Below, one piece after another: positions 40,001 through 49,675 of a DNA stretch of 53,991 nt. The notes beneath the pieces were generated by a model. It did not search any database and was not told the origin of the DNA. It saw only the letters and a list, made by a program, of their open reading frames with translations. The translations under genes were made by a program, and so were the position numbers. The DNA comes from a virus. Lineage: Duplodnaviria > Caudoviricetes. The DNA is taken from positions 1 to 53,991 of the IMG/VR virus record IMGVR_UViG_3300047157_000023, one strand, 5' to 3'. Numbering within the stretch: position 1 is the stretch's first letter; the number at the start of each line of letters is the position of its first letter.

Positions 40001-40568
40001 TTTATTTACAGGAGAACGTTTAGCAGAACCTAAACAAACTGCTGCAGGTGGTAAAGCTGATATACAGACTACAAAAATGTTAGGTGCAAGAACTATTAAT
40101 CTGACTGATACTAAAAGAGTTATGGCTAGAATGGGTTTAAGAGACTTTACACTAGACTTAGACAAAAAAGTAAAAGACCTAGCTCCAGCTGCAGCTAATA
40201 CTTATCACGGTATCTTTCACGATATAATTGAAGCTGAGTCTAGTTTACTGTTAGAGTCTACTTGGTTTGAAAGTTTACCTCAAGAAGAAAAACTTGGGCA
40301 TTGGCGTAGAGAAGTTTTACCTAGAACAAAAGAATTATCTAAATCTTTTTTAAGACTTCAATCTTCTGGACCTGATGATGTTACAAACCAACAGTTTGAA
40401 ATAGCTGATAAATATGATAAAAAAGATATTTCAAAAGGTCTAAAAGAATTAAATTTAGATGACTTTGATGAGTTAGAGTACGAAGAATTATTTATATTAG
40501 AGAGGTTTTTAGAGACGCAGGAAGATTTACAAGATCTTTCAACACAGATGCAAAGATTTGGGGGTTAA
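37041..40568 (+). CDS. Large internal virion protein
   Basis: 1175 aa helical protein, last gene of the late arm. Confidence 0.75.
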   Translation: MQVTIQDLRDNYPQYVDLTDEELAEKYSAKTGMQVMFPNSEPTTVEGLLPEAGTYSQDDMVDDSIYPFVEEFMLDRYGTQSVKDRSREDVVDMYLNNRRGVSVGNTVRGLSEMDYINNIQDNPDKTARAAAAYKLYENMAPLYSKETDFGEKVEGTVDFIRSAILDPSNLLAGFLGRAAAGGSIRVGTEVAKRAALDGMKKQPTKQLEKTVSRKIFADGLETARKVSKQKINDYAQQTLGKTAKQRLLTKSAIAEVVTVASVDAAIGTGMEYLYQDGLVDVDAQEDINYWSVGIAALGGIVLGGLQVGFIARRGKSDTAVQTVELPEPESEGFLSEASKAIGKYLEQDIVPIGPEWKSKVEGGYTLAKNMNLQKGDTPFSADFAKTLLLGHTKDDKVVFKGMTQIAYEKGFVWAKRFEGDRFTNWMADIIADVGDKEARTYLKSIEKAIGNKITIRGDDGKIIPRNKVTGKDIGDILAFKLSEAGATLGAAGQSAKQLGLSISDLELKDLYESAIDAGFVKTKKKSKEPSIVSESFTKNQNRLIRLLVSHPSTSALNVIGWGANTALQSVSDITLSLLLAGRGTIQKLLGNVEKGAKTQQLATNLIKANAQRVSFLFDPDMTYTAFESALQRNSNALEKLNSILPGGVEGTNRLLTDGKFSADQKLLGMKTDAKIDFIQKLTLVQAQDLYTKSQEFLFQMDKKLRMATGKGWNEFYRSPDAAKYMATKEYRNIEASAVDDTLEAIFSKSYKGRGTIGTLAGYLEDARNFPILGMAIPFGRFFNNTIAFMGKNTPGLNMVLRGAGYYDSMAKGEAFSRSLVNAGILYTLSNQEIENVKEGLPVYTAIDPMSGQLLDQKYDFPVSAYRMGARILALSRMGESQQAMTMFGQFSEDFGASGLLRNLDTAQRDTLEAIKFMIDPERRDMIKGAEIAGTTLASQFVNPILRPIEPLNIIVGIAAGPDAAPIDRKQNNKLVNNAFRYIDNIIPLFTGERLAEPKQTAAGGKADIQTTKMLGARTINLTDTKRVMARMGLRDFTLDLDKKVKDLAPAAANTYHGIFHDIIEAESSLLLESTWFESLPQEEKLGHWRREVLPRTKELSKSFLRLQSSGPDDVTNQQFEIADKYDKKDISKGLKELNLDDFDELEYEELFILERFLETQEDLQDLSTQMQRFGG

Positions 40569-40570
40569 AC

Positions 40571-40601
40571 AAAAGGGGGCTAAACGCCCCCTCTTTTTTT
40601 T
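40571..40601. terminator. Bidirectional intrinsic terminator between the two arms
   Basis: A-run, AGGGGGC-TAAAC-GCCCCCT, T-run, between convergent stops at 40568 and 40600. Confidence 0.9.
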
Positions 40602-40884
40602 ATATATCATCATCTAACATATAGTCTGCCCAATCAAACGATGCCTTTTTAATCTCTTCCATTCGCCAAGTCTGTCTACCTGCTGCAATAAAACCACCCA
40701 TAGCTTGACCTGCTAAATATAATCTAGGTGATAACTCCTTGACAGTCGAAGGTTTACGTTTTTGTTTAGCAAACTTTTTAGCTTCTTCTTCGAGACTCTT
40801 TGTCAAGTACTTGCTCCTTGTTTTTGAAGTAGGCTTTGTTAAAGCCAAACTCCCAGTCCCTATGATCCTTACTGTTTTGAACAT
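40600..40884 (-). CDS. Hypothetical protein (true start probably ~40806, TKSLEEEAK...)
   Basis: RLYLAGQAMGG...ADYML motif; last gene of the - arm. Confidence 0.65.
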   Translation of the reverse strand: MFKTVRIIGTGSLALTKPTSKTRSKYLTKSLEEEAKKFAKQKRKPSTVKELSPRLYLAGQAMGGFIAAGRQTWRMEEIKKASFDWADYMLDDDI

Positions 40885-40984
40885 AGGGGTTAACTAAGTT
40901 TCCTACTAGGAAACCTCTATAGCCTTGATTGAAAGGTTTAGCTACTTTCGCTTTTGTAGTTGGACCAGTGCGCTTAAATACCAT
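40778..40984 (-). CDS. Small protein with RMF/CrpP-like pattern
   Basis: FNQGYRGFLVG...NPY...DWEFGFNKAY. Confidence 0.5.
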   Translation of the reverse strand: MVFKRTGPTTKAKVAKPFNQGYRGFLVGNLVNPYVQNSKDHRDWEFGFNKAYFKNKEQVLDKESRRRS

Positions 40985-41235
40985 TGTGCTTTCTCCAAAT
41001 CTTGAACGCCATTTTTATATCGCCATCTGTGAAGGTACTTTGCAATATTACCTCTATAGTAACCTATTAACTCCTCATCTGTCAAGAAGTCTTCTATATA
41101 CTTTATGCATTCTATCGTACCTTGACCATAGTGTTGAGGCTTACTCACTGGATCATAGTCATTACCCATAGTTAAAGTAGTAGGACTGTCTGAGTCTACA
41201 GTTATTGTAGATAAAGCATCATCAAGATTTATCAT
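40942..41235 (-). CDS. DUF3310 / T7 gp1.7-like nucleotide kinase
   Basis: DPVSKPQHY..G.IECI...GNIAKYLHRWRYKNGVQDLEKAQWYL. Confidence 0.85.
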   Translation of the reverse strand: MINLDDALSTITVDSDSPTTLTMGNDYDPVSKPQHYGQGTIECIKYIEDFLTDEELIGYYRGNIAKYLHRWRYKNGVQDLEKAQWYLSALVQLQKRK

Positions 41236-41678
41236 AATATTATTAACTCCGCATCTGTAAATGGAATGTGAAAGAACAGTTCACCTTTTCTAATATATCT
41301 GCCTTTAGCTTCTGCTAGACTTTCTTTAGTTAGTAGGTAGTCTCGAATACGCCAAGCTTCTTTTAAGTCTTTACGAAAGACATAGAAGTTTAGTACACCG
41401 TTCTCACCTTGGTACTTATCAAGTAGTCTTTGTTTACGTTCTGGTATTCTAATCTCCTTCCAATGCTCAGGCCAATCACCCTCCCAAGCTACCTTAACTT
41501 CAGCTTCATTAAAGTAAGTAAACCCATGCTTCTGAGAAATAACATCTACATGGTAATTTTCTTCCGTGTTGACTAGCACATGACCCTTCTTCAAAAGGTA
41601 TGCTATAAGAGCATCCTTTGCTTTAGTGTCATAGGCTTCGTATAAGGCACGATTAAATTGTTTTCTAACTGGTGGCAT
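41232..41678 (-). CDS. PD-(D/E)xK-like nuclease-fold protein
   Basis: VDVI...EAEVK motif. Confidence 0.5.
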   Translation of the reverse strand: MPPVRKQFNRALYEAYDTKAKDALIAYLLKKGHVLVNTEENYHVDVISQKHGFTYFNEAEVKVAWEGDWPEHWKEIRIPERKQRLLDKYQGENGVLNFYVFRKDLKEAWRIRDYLLTKESLAEAKGRYIRKGELFFHIPFTDAELIIL

Positions 41679-41681
41679 ATA

Positions 41682-43583
41682 TTATGCTCCTATATCTACG
41701 ATTTCACAAACATCACCAGTACAAGCAAAAGTCTGACTGCTTGCAGTAGTGTCTTCTTTTTCATACTCTGAAAGCTTTGCCCAGTCAATACTTTTCGGCA
41801 TTACTTTAGATAATTTTTTATAATCGTCTTTTGTGCACCACTGGTACGGAGCTTGTTGATAAGTATGCTCGTTGTAAGGCAAGAAGCTTACCCCAGACAT
41901 CTCATCAAAGTGCTCGTAAACAAATGCACCTACTTCAAACCATTCATCCTTTCTTACATTAATTGTTACGCTAGGTTTATGCTCACACCAATGTCTTTGA
42001 TACATCAACCATGTATTTAGTTGCTCAATAGCTGAGACATTGTCAGTGACTATTGCTCCTTGTGGAGCTTTAATTGGAAATGAAAACACAGTTGTTTGAT
42101 CTGGCTTCATAAAGTCAGCTTCACTTGGAATACCCTGATCTTTCATAAACTGTGTTAGTGGATCTTTGTTATCACCTCTTACAGTCCTTATGTAATGTGG
42201 TGAATGCCTTGGGTGTATACCTGATGCAGAGTCAACAAGTTGTGAAACTGTACCGCTAGGTTTTACACAGGTAATTGCTGCGCTTGCTGCAATGCCAAGG
42301 CGGTCAGCCCAATCAGAATTAGTACGAACAGCAACTTCTCGTAAATGTTCAAGAGTCTTCTCCAATCCTTTGTTCTTAATTGTTAATAGTTGATTGTCCA
42401 TTATCCCTGTGAGAGACACACCGAGCAATCGTTCTTCTTCTGTATTTCGGTTCCACACCTTTCGCAGATATGGGAACTTGGTGTACGTGCTTTGGATCGT
42501 CCCAAGTATTGTGGCACATCTGACCTTTCGTTCCAAGTCTTCAATCGTGTCAGTGGCTCGTACCACAACTTCCGTAAGATTGCAGAACTGATATGGACGT
42601 AAGATAATCTCACTACAAGGGTTAGTTCCGAACTCAAAGTCAGGATCACGTCTACCATTCTTTGCAGCTTGTTTCTTAGATGCTTCCCTGTTAAATACAC
42701 CACGTTCTCCACTTCCTGATTCTACCAGTGCCATCCATTCTCTCATGAATGATACACTGTCTGGTTTCTCTGTATAAGATACAGAGTTATTTGCTAAAGC
42801 TCTTTGTGGGTTGTTGTCCCACCAGTTACCTGATTTAGCATGACGCATTCTGTCATCTGACAAGTTAGATAAACTTATCATTGCAGATCTACGAACACCA
42901 CCTACTACTACAACCTCACCAATCTTACACATCAGATCGTGACACTCAATTGATGATAGCCTACGTCCTTGTGCCTCCTTAAATATGCTCACTGTAAAGT
43001 TGAATAAGTCAACCAGTGGTGCAGGGCCAGATGCTCTACCGCCAAAGGTTTTAAGTCTTGCACCTGCAGGACGAACTTTAGAGACATCCCACTTAGGAAT
43101 CTCACCTGCCCATAAGAGAGCTAGCACTTGTCTGAACGCCTTAGCCCACCCCTCCTTGCTGTCCTTTACCACAATGGTAGTCTCACTCTCGAACAATTCA
43201 GGTACTTCGGGAAGCTTGCTAATGAACTGCCTCTCGACACTGAAGCCGACACCAGTACCACAGAGAAGGATGAACATAGCCTCATCGAAGGACTTAGGGT
43301 CGTCTACGGGTAAGTAACTGCAGTTATACCCTGCTGTATTATCTCTTTCTAAAGCTGGACCTGCAGTCATCATGGCTCGCATAGAAGGCATGACCTCTAG
43401 TCCCAGAATAGATTCCCTTATCTCATTGTAAGTATCGTGATCTATGTCGTAGCCTACAACGTTGCCCATGTAGCGGTCAACTGTCTCTGACCAAGACTCT
43501 CGTCTTCCTTCGTCTTCAAGCCAACGAGCATACCGTGAGGTATGTATAAAGGCTTGGTAATCAGTTGGTAAATAGTTATTCAT
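41682..43583 (-). CDS. nrdJ: Class II adenosylcobalamin-dependent ribonucleotide reductase
   Basis: PSMR, YNCSY, GGVRRSA, TNPCSEI, CNLTEV, TCVKPSGT and C-terminal CxxxxC; no small-subunit gene in the window. Confidence 0.92.
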   Translation of the reverse strand: MNNYLPTDYQAFIHTSRYARWLEDEGRRESWSETVDRYMGNVVGYDIDHDTYNEIRESILGLEVMPSMRAMMTAGPALERDNTAGYNCSYLPVDDPKSFDEAMFILLCGTGVGFSVERQFISKLPEVPELFESETTIVVKDSKEGWAKAFRQVLALLWAGEIPKWDVSKVRPAGARLKTFGGRASGPAPLVDLFNFTVSIFKEAQGRRLSSIECHDLMCKIGEVVVVGGVRRSAMISLSNLSDDRMRHAKSGNWWDNNPQRALANNSVSYTEKPDSVSFMREWMALVESGSGERGVFNREASKKQAAKNGRRDPDFEFGTNPCSEIILRPYQFCNLTEVVVRATDTIEDLERKVRCATILGTIQSTYTKFPYLRKVWNRNTEEERLLGVSLTGIMDNQLLTIKNKGLEKTLEHLREVAVRTNSDWADRLGIAASAAITCVKPSGTVSQLVDSASGIHPRHSPHYIRTVRGDNKDPLTQFMKDQGIPSEADFMKPDQTTVFSFPIKAPQGAIVTDNVSAIEQLNTWLMYQRHWCEHKPSVTINVRKDEWFEVGAFVYEHFDEMSGVSFLPYNEHTYQQAPYQWCTKDDYKKLSKVMPKSIDWAKLSEYEKEDTTASSQTFACTGDVCEIVDIGA

Positions 43584-43936
43584 CTGTTGTCTCCTGATCC
43601 AGATAGCACACCACGTTTCTTTCTGTCTTCTAGCTTACTAAGATTAGCACGAGCTACGTCATTCATATTCACATTTAAGTCTCTGCACAATGCGGCAATG
43701 TACCACAAGCAATCACCAATCTCATCAGCTATAGCCTTACGGTCAAAGTCACCATCACGTAAGATCTTTTTTACTTTGTTTGCAACTTCACCTGCTTCTG
43801 CAGCTAGGCCAAGTGCAGGATATATAACAGCATGTTTACTGCTGTAGATAGCAGTATCAGCTGCAATTTTTTGATACTCTTCCATATCTAAAGAGTTGTA
43901 ATACTTAAAGGCTTCTATATCTGTTTCATTTATCAC
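43580..43936 (-). CDS. mazG: MazG-like nucleotide pyrophosphohydrolase
   Basis: LGLAAEAGEVANKVKK...EIGDCLWY...N..KL..R...GSGDNR. Confidence 0.9.
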   Translation of the reverse strand: MINETDIEAFKYYNSLDMEEYQKIAADTAIYSSKHAVIYPALGLAAEAGEVANKVKKILRDGDFDRKAIADEIGDCLWYIAALCRDLNVNMNDVARANLSKLEDRKKRGVLSGSGDNR

Positions 43937-44087
43937 GTCTTACCTCACATTCTTCTATTACAATATCATCTATGTCATACAAGCTAGCCTGTACTAATTC
44001 CATAATTACATCCGAATTGTTGCCAAATGTTTCTAAAAAGTTTGCATCTGGATCAACTATTATCTTCAAAGTTATTTCAAACTCCAT
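43926..44087 (-). CDS. Small acidic hypothetical protein (53 aa, MEFEITLKIIVDPDANFL...)
   Basis: Hand-translated; fills the gap and overlaps the mazG start. Confidence 0.6.
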   Translation of the reverse strand: MEFEITLKIIVDPDANFLETFGNNSDVIMELVQASLYDIDDIVIEECEVRRDK

Positions 44088-44098
44088 TGGAAAGACCC

Positions 44099-44338
44099 CT
44101 AGTTATACCCAGAATCATCTGGCATGTCAACAACTAATGGCTCAATACTTTTCATAAAATGCTTTTTCCATTCGTAAGCAGAATCAAAGTCTTCAAACCA
44201 AAAATTATCTTCACCCATGACACCATCTATCTCTGATTTACAAACTAAAAAGTAGTTAGAATCTAATGGTATATCATCACCTTCAATTTCTTCTACTGCT
44301 ATTGGACCTTCCATAACACCCCACACTTTCACCTTCAT
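44099..44338 (-). CDS. Hypothetical protein
   Basis: 79 aa acidic ORF in operon. Confidence 0.7.
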   Translation of the reverse strand: MKVKVWGVMEGPIAVEEIEGDDIPLDSNYFLVCKSEIDGVMGEDNFWFEDFDSAYEWKKHFMKSIEPLVVDMPDDSGYN

Positions 44339-44339
44339 A

Positions 44340-44681
44340 TTATTTCCAATTTTTTAATAAGTCCATGTAGTGCTCAAGACTTATCATTGTTATCCAGGAC
44401 TTTCTATCGGCTCGAAAGAACACTACTGGTTCACCTTTACCATGTTTACTGGCTTGTTCCATATAGTCATAGGCAGTTTTCATACCAGACTTTCTACGTT
44501 TGACTTCGATAGTTATTGGTAGTTTTTTTCTAGCTGCAGGAGATAGTTGAATATCCTCACCTGTGTCTCCCATAGTTGTGGACTTGATGTCATCTTCTTC
44601 AAACTCTGGAAATACTTCCAACAGTTTATCTCTGATTTCATTCTGACCAGTCCTACCTTTTGCTTTAGCTGCTCTTGACAT
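44340..44681 (-). CDS. Holliday junction resolvase-like PD-(D/E)xK endonuclease
   Basis: KAKGR...GEDI...IEVKRR...PVVFFRADR. Confidence 0.75.
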   Translation of the reverse strand: MSRAAKAKGRTGQNEIRDKLLEVFPEFEEDDIKSTTMGDTGEDIQLSPAARKKLPITIEVKRRKSGMKTAYDYMEQASKHGKGEPVVFFRADRKSWITMISLEHYMDLLKNWK

Positions 44682-44687
44682 GATTGA

Positions 44688-45465
44688 TTATAACCAAGGA
44701 GGTTTTTCCATAACGGTATAGTCACCCCAATCTGTACCATAGTCAGAGTCCTTCTCTGCCTTTGCAATAGTAGCTAGAGTTTTATGCAAATGTTTCATAC
44801 CCCAATGCATAATTTCATTACCCATAACATGTAGGTGAGAAACATATGGTGCAGTTTTTTCACAGGCTATAAAAGAAAATTTCTTTACGTCATACCCTGC
44901 TAACTTACAAGTGTAAACATAGTGAGCACCTTGTAGGAAATACCCATACTTTATACACTCTTTTAAAAAACCTTTAGGACTAGCATCTTGTGTTGTCTTA
45001 ACATCAAAAACTGTTTGCTCTGACTCAATCATTAGATCAGGTCTTGTCTTAAGCATGAGACCTGAGATAGGATCTTGTACAAAGATACTTACCTCGTTTA
45101 ATCTATCTGGGTGATTAAGATAAGATGCACAGACTTTATTTTCTAACGCACCTCTAGTTATACAGTTAGCTACGTTGTACTCTACCTCTGTTAGAAGTAT
45201 TTGATCTTCAGTAAGCTTCTCTTTCAGAGATTTAAAAGCAACACTAGATTTAGTCTTTGGACCTTTTACGACTAGGTTACGTTCTTTCTCTAAGCAGATT
45301 GGCGTGTACTGCACTTCCCATTGCAAAAGCAGGGTTGTTTGCATTACGCTTTTCACCCTTCCAATGAGCAAGTGATTTCTTATACACAGCTTTAACTGCA
45401 CTGGAAGATATACCATCTCTCATATGGTATTCTTGATTAGACATATTTTCTATTACATTTTTCAT
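44688..45465 (-). CDS. RecE/exonuclease VIII-like PD-(D/E)xK exonuclease (apparent frameshift at ~45293)
   Basis: MSNQEYH...ISSS...GSAVH (45277-45465) joins KTRPDL...DVKTT...YFLQGAHY (44688-45416). Confidence 0.8.
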
Positions 45466-45476
45466 TCTGTATCCTT

Positions 45477-45504
45477 AAAAGGTAGCCCCCCGAAGAGGGC
45501 TACT
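45477..45504 (-). terminator. Intrinsic terminator downstream of SSB gene
   Basis: - strand AGTAGCCCTC-TTCG-GGGGGCTACC-TTTT. Confidence 0.75.
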
Positions 45505-45522
45505 AGTTGTTTTTGGAGGAGG

Positions 45523-46029
45523 TTAAAACAACACTTCGCTTTGTTTTTCTTCTTGAGCCGCAGGTGGTGGCGAAGCATCATCCCCTGCAGTATCTGCTAC
45601 GTAGGCAACATGGTCAACAACCTTGACCTTGTCTAGCCTAGTACCGACAATATTAGGTCGGCTCGTGTCGTAAACGGACAGCTCTACTTCTACAGTAGAC
45701 CCATTACCAATGGTGCCGTCAGAACTGATATCCCAAGTAGAACCATCAGACTTTTGAACAATAGGTGCGCCACTATCCCAATCCTTTCCTGTGTTAAACT
45801 TACGTATAAATTTTACTTTAGTACCACGTCCCTCTCCGTCTGGTGTACCCTTTTTCATTGAACGTGATTGTTTTAAAATGGATAAGTTATCATCATCCAT
45901 GATGAGATCAATAGTACAAGCACCATCGTGATCTCTGTAGACTCCATCAAAGCCTTCCATGTCACGGTTAGTTTCGAATACTTTTGCCCACTCTGCAATA
46001 CCAGTTAATTTAACTTTACGTGTAGCCAT
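45523..46029 (-). CDS. Single-stranded DNA-binding protein (T7 gp2.5-like)
   Basis: WAKV, IGNGS.V.V, acidic tail ending in Phe; next to the polymerase. Confidence 0.7.
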   Translation of the reverse strand: MATRKVKLTGIAEWAKVFETNRDMEGFDGVYRDHDGACTIDLIMDDDNLSILKQSRSMKKGTPDGEGRGTKVKFIRKFNTGKDWDSGAPIVQKSDGSTWDISSDGTIGNGSTVEVELSVYDTSRPNIVGTRLDKVKVVDHVAYVADTAGDDASPPPAAQEEKQSEVLF

Positions 46030-46044
46030 CTTTGGCCTCCTTTA

Positions 46045-47892
46045 TTAATGTACATCACTGTAACGCTGACCATACTGTATATCTATTCCTAAGTCAACAT
46101 TTAATTTAAGTTCTTGGTTAAGTTTTTCAATAGCCCAGTTTAAAATGTCACTGTGTGCATTTTGCTCTCCTTCTTTTACTAGGTTAATAGACTCGTCATG
46201 AAACTGACCAATGATATTTGGTCTACGTGTTCGATAGTATGCAACCCACTTGTCAAAACAATATGCACCAGTAGATTGATTTAGAGTAGAGAACACATCT
46301 TTCTCATAACGAAGTGAATGCCAGAAACCACTTACAGGATTTTGTACCCACATCTCTCCGTTGATCTGCCTTATAGTTTGATCTTCGGAAAACTTCTTCA
46401 CTGACCAGTTTCGATTCCAATACGCATCAAGCAGTGTTTGTGCTTGCGGTATATTCATCCCAGTGGTGCGAGATAACTTAGCTGCACCTACCCCATAAGT
46501 AGCTGAGTAGTTTACAACCTTGTAGTTTTTACGCATTGCTTTCAAGTCGTCTCGTTCATTTCTGTTATAGGCATCAATGTCAGACTGCTTGATTGCTCCT
46601 GCATGTTTAGCTAAGTCAAGGTGTGGGTCAAAACCTGATTGAGACATTTCATGCACGTAGTCTGGATCGTAAGGCTGCATGTAGTGTCTCTTAGTCGTAT
46701 CCTCAAGAGAAGTCATATCCGCACCGCAAAGAATATAACCAGTTGGTGCTGTTAAGCAACCACGTATTTCCTTGCCCCACGGTCTGTCAACTCCTGGAAG
46801 ATTGACTAAAGGTTTCTTATGCTTAAATCGTAAGGTGTTAGTAAGACCGTCAATCTCAGCCATAACGTAACCATTCTTTTCACAATCAAGAAAGCCTTGA
46901 AAGATTCCAAGTCGATGTTGCATCACAGTCAAACCCTCAAGCACTTCTACCTTTGGATTAGTTTCTGCAATTAGTTTAACTGAGTCTGTAAGTTCACCTT
47001 CCTTACGGACTTGTGGTATTTTTCTTTCTTCTCCTGTCTCCTTATTTTTATCATACTTAAACGTACAAGGTTGCCACCCCAAAGAGTATAGCCAATCTTT
47101 TACTTGGTCTGTAGAGTTAGGGTTTGGATCTTCCCACTTCTTAATGACTTCAACTTCATCATCAAAGTGTAAAGGTAAACCATTCTCTTGTAGGAGATCA
47201 AACCAACGTTGTCCATGAGCAGATGCTGTACCATCTTTCTTAAAACAATTCTTTGGCCTAGTCTTTTTGGTAGTCACCTTTCGTTTAGGCATTACGTTAA
47301 TGAGTTCAGCTTCTTTGTCAGATTTCTGCTTTGTAAGATCAGCAACACATTTCTCTGCTAAATCTCTATCTAGCTTCCAACCAGACTTTTCAGCTGATAC
47401 TGCACAGTCCATTTTAAATTCTAGGTATCGGAAAAACTTGTCTAGTTTTAATTTGCTTTTGTATAGAAACATAAACCTTTTTAGAAGATCTTGCCACAAG
47501 AGCCAATTTATCTTTACATCCTCTGTACATCGGTGAGCATACTCCTCATTAGTTAAGTTGTGCCAATCATTGATCTGTGGCTTAGGAACACCGAAGTCTT
47601 CACCAAATGATTCCAGACCATGCTTGGAACGGTTGTAGTTAAGTACCCAAGACATTGGTAACGTATCAAACAAACGAGCTTCAAGCTTGATACCCAAGAT
47701 CTTTTCTATAAGCGGTACATCGTATCTAACAATATTGTGACCAACCAACCCATGCTGAGACAGTAACAGATCACGCATGTCAGAATAATCATAGATAGTT
47801 TTATAATCTTTGCCATCACTGGTATAAGACAGGCAGTGTATCTTTGTTGCTTGATCCAACAATCCGTCAGCTTCTACATCAAATACGATCAT
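46045..47892 (-). CDS. polA: DNA polymerase family A with 3'-5' exonuclease
   Basis: FDVEADG, GHNIVRYD, motif A GADMTSLE, motif B KVVNYSATYG, motif C QFHDE. Confidence 0.95.
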   Translation of the reverse strand: MIVFDVEADGLLDQATKIHCLSYTSDGKDYKTIYDYSDMRDLLLSQHGLVGHNIVRYDVPLIEKILGIKLEARLFDTLPMSWVLNYNRSKHGLESFGEDFGVPKPQINDWHNLTNEEYAHRCTEDVKINWLLWQDLLKRFMFLYKSKLKLDKFFRYLEFKMDCAVSAEKSGWKLDRDLAEKCVADLTKQKSDKEAELINVMPKRKVTTKKTRPKNCFKKDGTASAHGQRWFDLLQENGLPLHFDDEVEVIKKWEDPNPNSTDQVKDWLYSLGWQPCTFKYDKNKETGEERKIPQVRKEGELTDSVKLIAETNPKVEVLEGLTVMQHRLGIFQGFLDCEKNGYVMAEIDGLTNTLRFKHKKPLVNLPGVDRPWGKEIRGCLTAPTGYILCGADMTSLEDTTKRHYMQPYDPDYVHEMSQSGFDPHLDLAKHAGAIKQSDIDAYNRNERDDLKAMRKNYKVVNYSATYGVGAAKLSRTTGMNIPQAQTLLDAYWNRNWSVKKFSEDQTIRQINGEMWVQNPVSGFWHSLRYEKDVFSTLNQSTGAYCFDKWVAYYRTRRPNIIGQFHDESINLVKEGEQNAHSDILNWAIEKLNQELKLNVDLGIDIQYGQRYSDVH

Positions 47893-49502
47893 GCTGCCAT
47901 ATCACTCCTTTCATATGGGACTTCTTCAGATAAGATGGTAGTCTCTGGATCGTAGTAGACTGAACCTGCTTTACCTAATTTAGCAAAGGGTCTGTTCTTA
48001 TCCACTATAAACTCAGTTGTATTCTGTAGTATCTCATCTTCTGATTCAACGTCTCTTTCTATCTTTATACATATTATTGCTTCTTCTTCAAGAGAGGCTG
48101 CATACTTTGTCCTACCATCGTCATTAACCTGTGATATAAATATCACACCTATGTTTAGCTCCTTGGCAAGTTGAGCCATTCGTGAGCCAAGTGTAGTTAA
48201 TGTACTGGTAGCACCATCAACACCACTGTTAGATAAATAGGCTAGGCGTTGGACGTGATCAACAAACACGTAGTCTGCACCGAAAGAAGTTACAGCCATT
48301 CGGGTATAGTCTAGCAAGCTCAGAGGATCATCATGAGATTGCATCTCAAAGATAATCGTTCTGTTGTTCTCTGAGTCAGCAATCTTGTTTGCTGCTTCTT
48401 CTACTTGATCAAGAGTATAACCATTACGTCCTGCATCCTCATGAGTACGGACATTACATCCAAGGTGGTAGGTAGCCATAGCTCGAAGAGTTGTAGACTT
48501 CATCTCCTCCATATGCAGCAAGGCTATCTTAACACCATCGTTAGACAATAGACCAGTCTCAAAGTATCTGATCACCTCAGTCTTACCAGTACCACGAGGG
48601 GCTTTGATAAACGTCAAGCCACCCTTAACCATACCACGTATCTTCTCATCAAGTCCTGCATGACCAGTTGATACATACTCGTATGGATTCTCATTACGCA
48701 GCGCAAGAGAAAAGTCATCACGAGAACAGAAGAAATTCTCAGGGCTATACCTCTGAGGCTTCTTAGCTGCCCACATCAGATCTTTACCATCACCTGCTTG
48801 TAAGAAGTCATTGGCATCTTTATGCTTAGACATCGGTACATACCAGAACTTATCTGGAAAGGCTTGGTACAACTTATCTGCTGCCCTACGTCCTGCAGGA
48901 TCTAGTTCACCTGCATAGATAATCTCTTTGAAGGACGACAGATAAAGGTAGTTGTGTTTAATAAACTTCTCACCAATACTAGCAGATGGTAGAGACTTCA
49001 CCGGAAATGTCTTACCAAGTATCTGATATAGTGATGCAGCATCGAACTCACCTTCAGTAAGATAGATGCGTTGGCTTGTCCCTGCATTGAACTCAGGACC
49101 AAACAGATGGTTCATACCCATGCCACGATCTTTTGTCCAAGACTTGGACTTGTCATCTACCAATCGGTACTTGACTGTGTGTGGGTATTTATAAGCATAC
49201 CTGACTGGTCTACCATCATCACCGTTCTGTATCGCAATACCATACAGTTCAGCAACGTCAGCTTCTAGTCCACGTATGCCCTCATACGTCTGAGACGTAA
49301 TTGGTATATCCATAGGGTTTCTCCTCTCCTTTAATGGATACTCACTACTTACCCAATCGAATACCTGCGGCATATCTTTCGATGGGTATGCTCTCGAACA
49401 GGAGTGACAGTGACCGAAGCCATCGTCATTCCAATTAAAAGCATCACTTGATCCACAGTCTACATACGGACATGCCAGATGTGGATTGTCATTACTCGCC
49501 AT
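47889..49502 (-). CDS. T7 gp4-like primase-helicase
   Basis: Zn finger CPYVDC...CHSC, TOPRIM EGEFDA, KDAND, Walker A APRGTGKT, FVDH; start likely ATG 49502 (GGAGG SD). Confidence 0.93.
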   Translation of the reverse strand: MASNDNPHLACPYVDCGSSDAFNWNDDGFGHCHSCSRAYPSKDMPQVFDWVSSEYPLKERRNPMDIPITSQTYEGIRGLEADVAELYGIAIQNGDDGRPVRYAYKYPHTVKYRLVDDKSKSWTKDRGMGMNHLFGPEFNAGTSQRIYLTEGEFDAASLYQILGKTFPVKSLPSASIGEKFIKHNYLYLSSFKEIIYAGELDPAGRRAADKLYQAFPDKFWYVPMSKHKDANDFLQAGDGKDLMWAAKKPQRYSPENFFCSRDDFSLALRNENPYEYVSTGHAGLDEKIRGMVKGGLTFIKAPRGTGKTEVIRYFETGLLSNDGVKIALLHMEEMKSTTLRAMATYHLGCNVRTHEDAGRNGYTLDQVEEAANKIADSENNRTIIFEMQSHDDPLSLLDYTRMAVTSFGADYVFVDHVQRLAYLSNSGVDGATSTLTTLGSRMAQLAKELNIGVIFISQVNDDGRTKYAASLEEEAIICIKIERDVESEDEILQNTTEFIVDKNRPFAKLGKAGSVYYDPETTILSEEVPYERSDMAA

Positions 49503-49665
49503 TATTAGCCTCCTCTCGTTCCTTGGCTCTTTCACGTTCTTCTTTAGTCATAGGGCGTATCTCTTTTGATATTCCCTTTCTACGATCTATGTACCATTCC
49601 TGTGGCATTGGGAGATACTCTTCGCAGCATCTACTCCAAGAGTCTCTTACCCATACATCACTCAT
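49492..49665 (-). CDS. Small hypothetical protein (57 aa, MSDVWVRDSW...)
   Basis: Hand-translated; AAGGAG SD; overlaps the primase start. Confidence 0.55.
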   Translation of the reverse strand: MSDVWVRDSWSRCCEEYLPMPQEWYIDRRKGISKEIRPMTKEERERAKEREEANNGE

Positions 49666-49675
49666 ATCAATCTCC

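Noticed and set aside
46045-47892. DnaJ-like insertion, intein or intron in the polymerase or RNR
   Set aside because: No CxxCxGxG repeats or intein motifs; both proteins are compact and uninterrupted.
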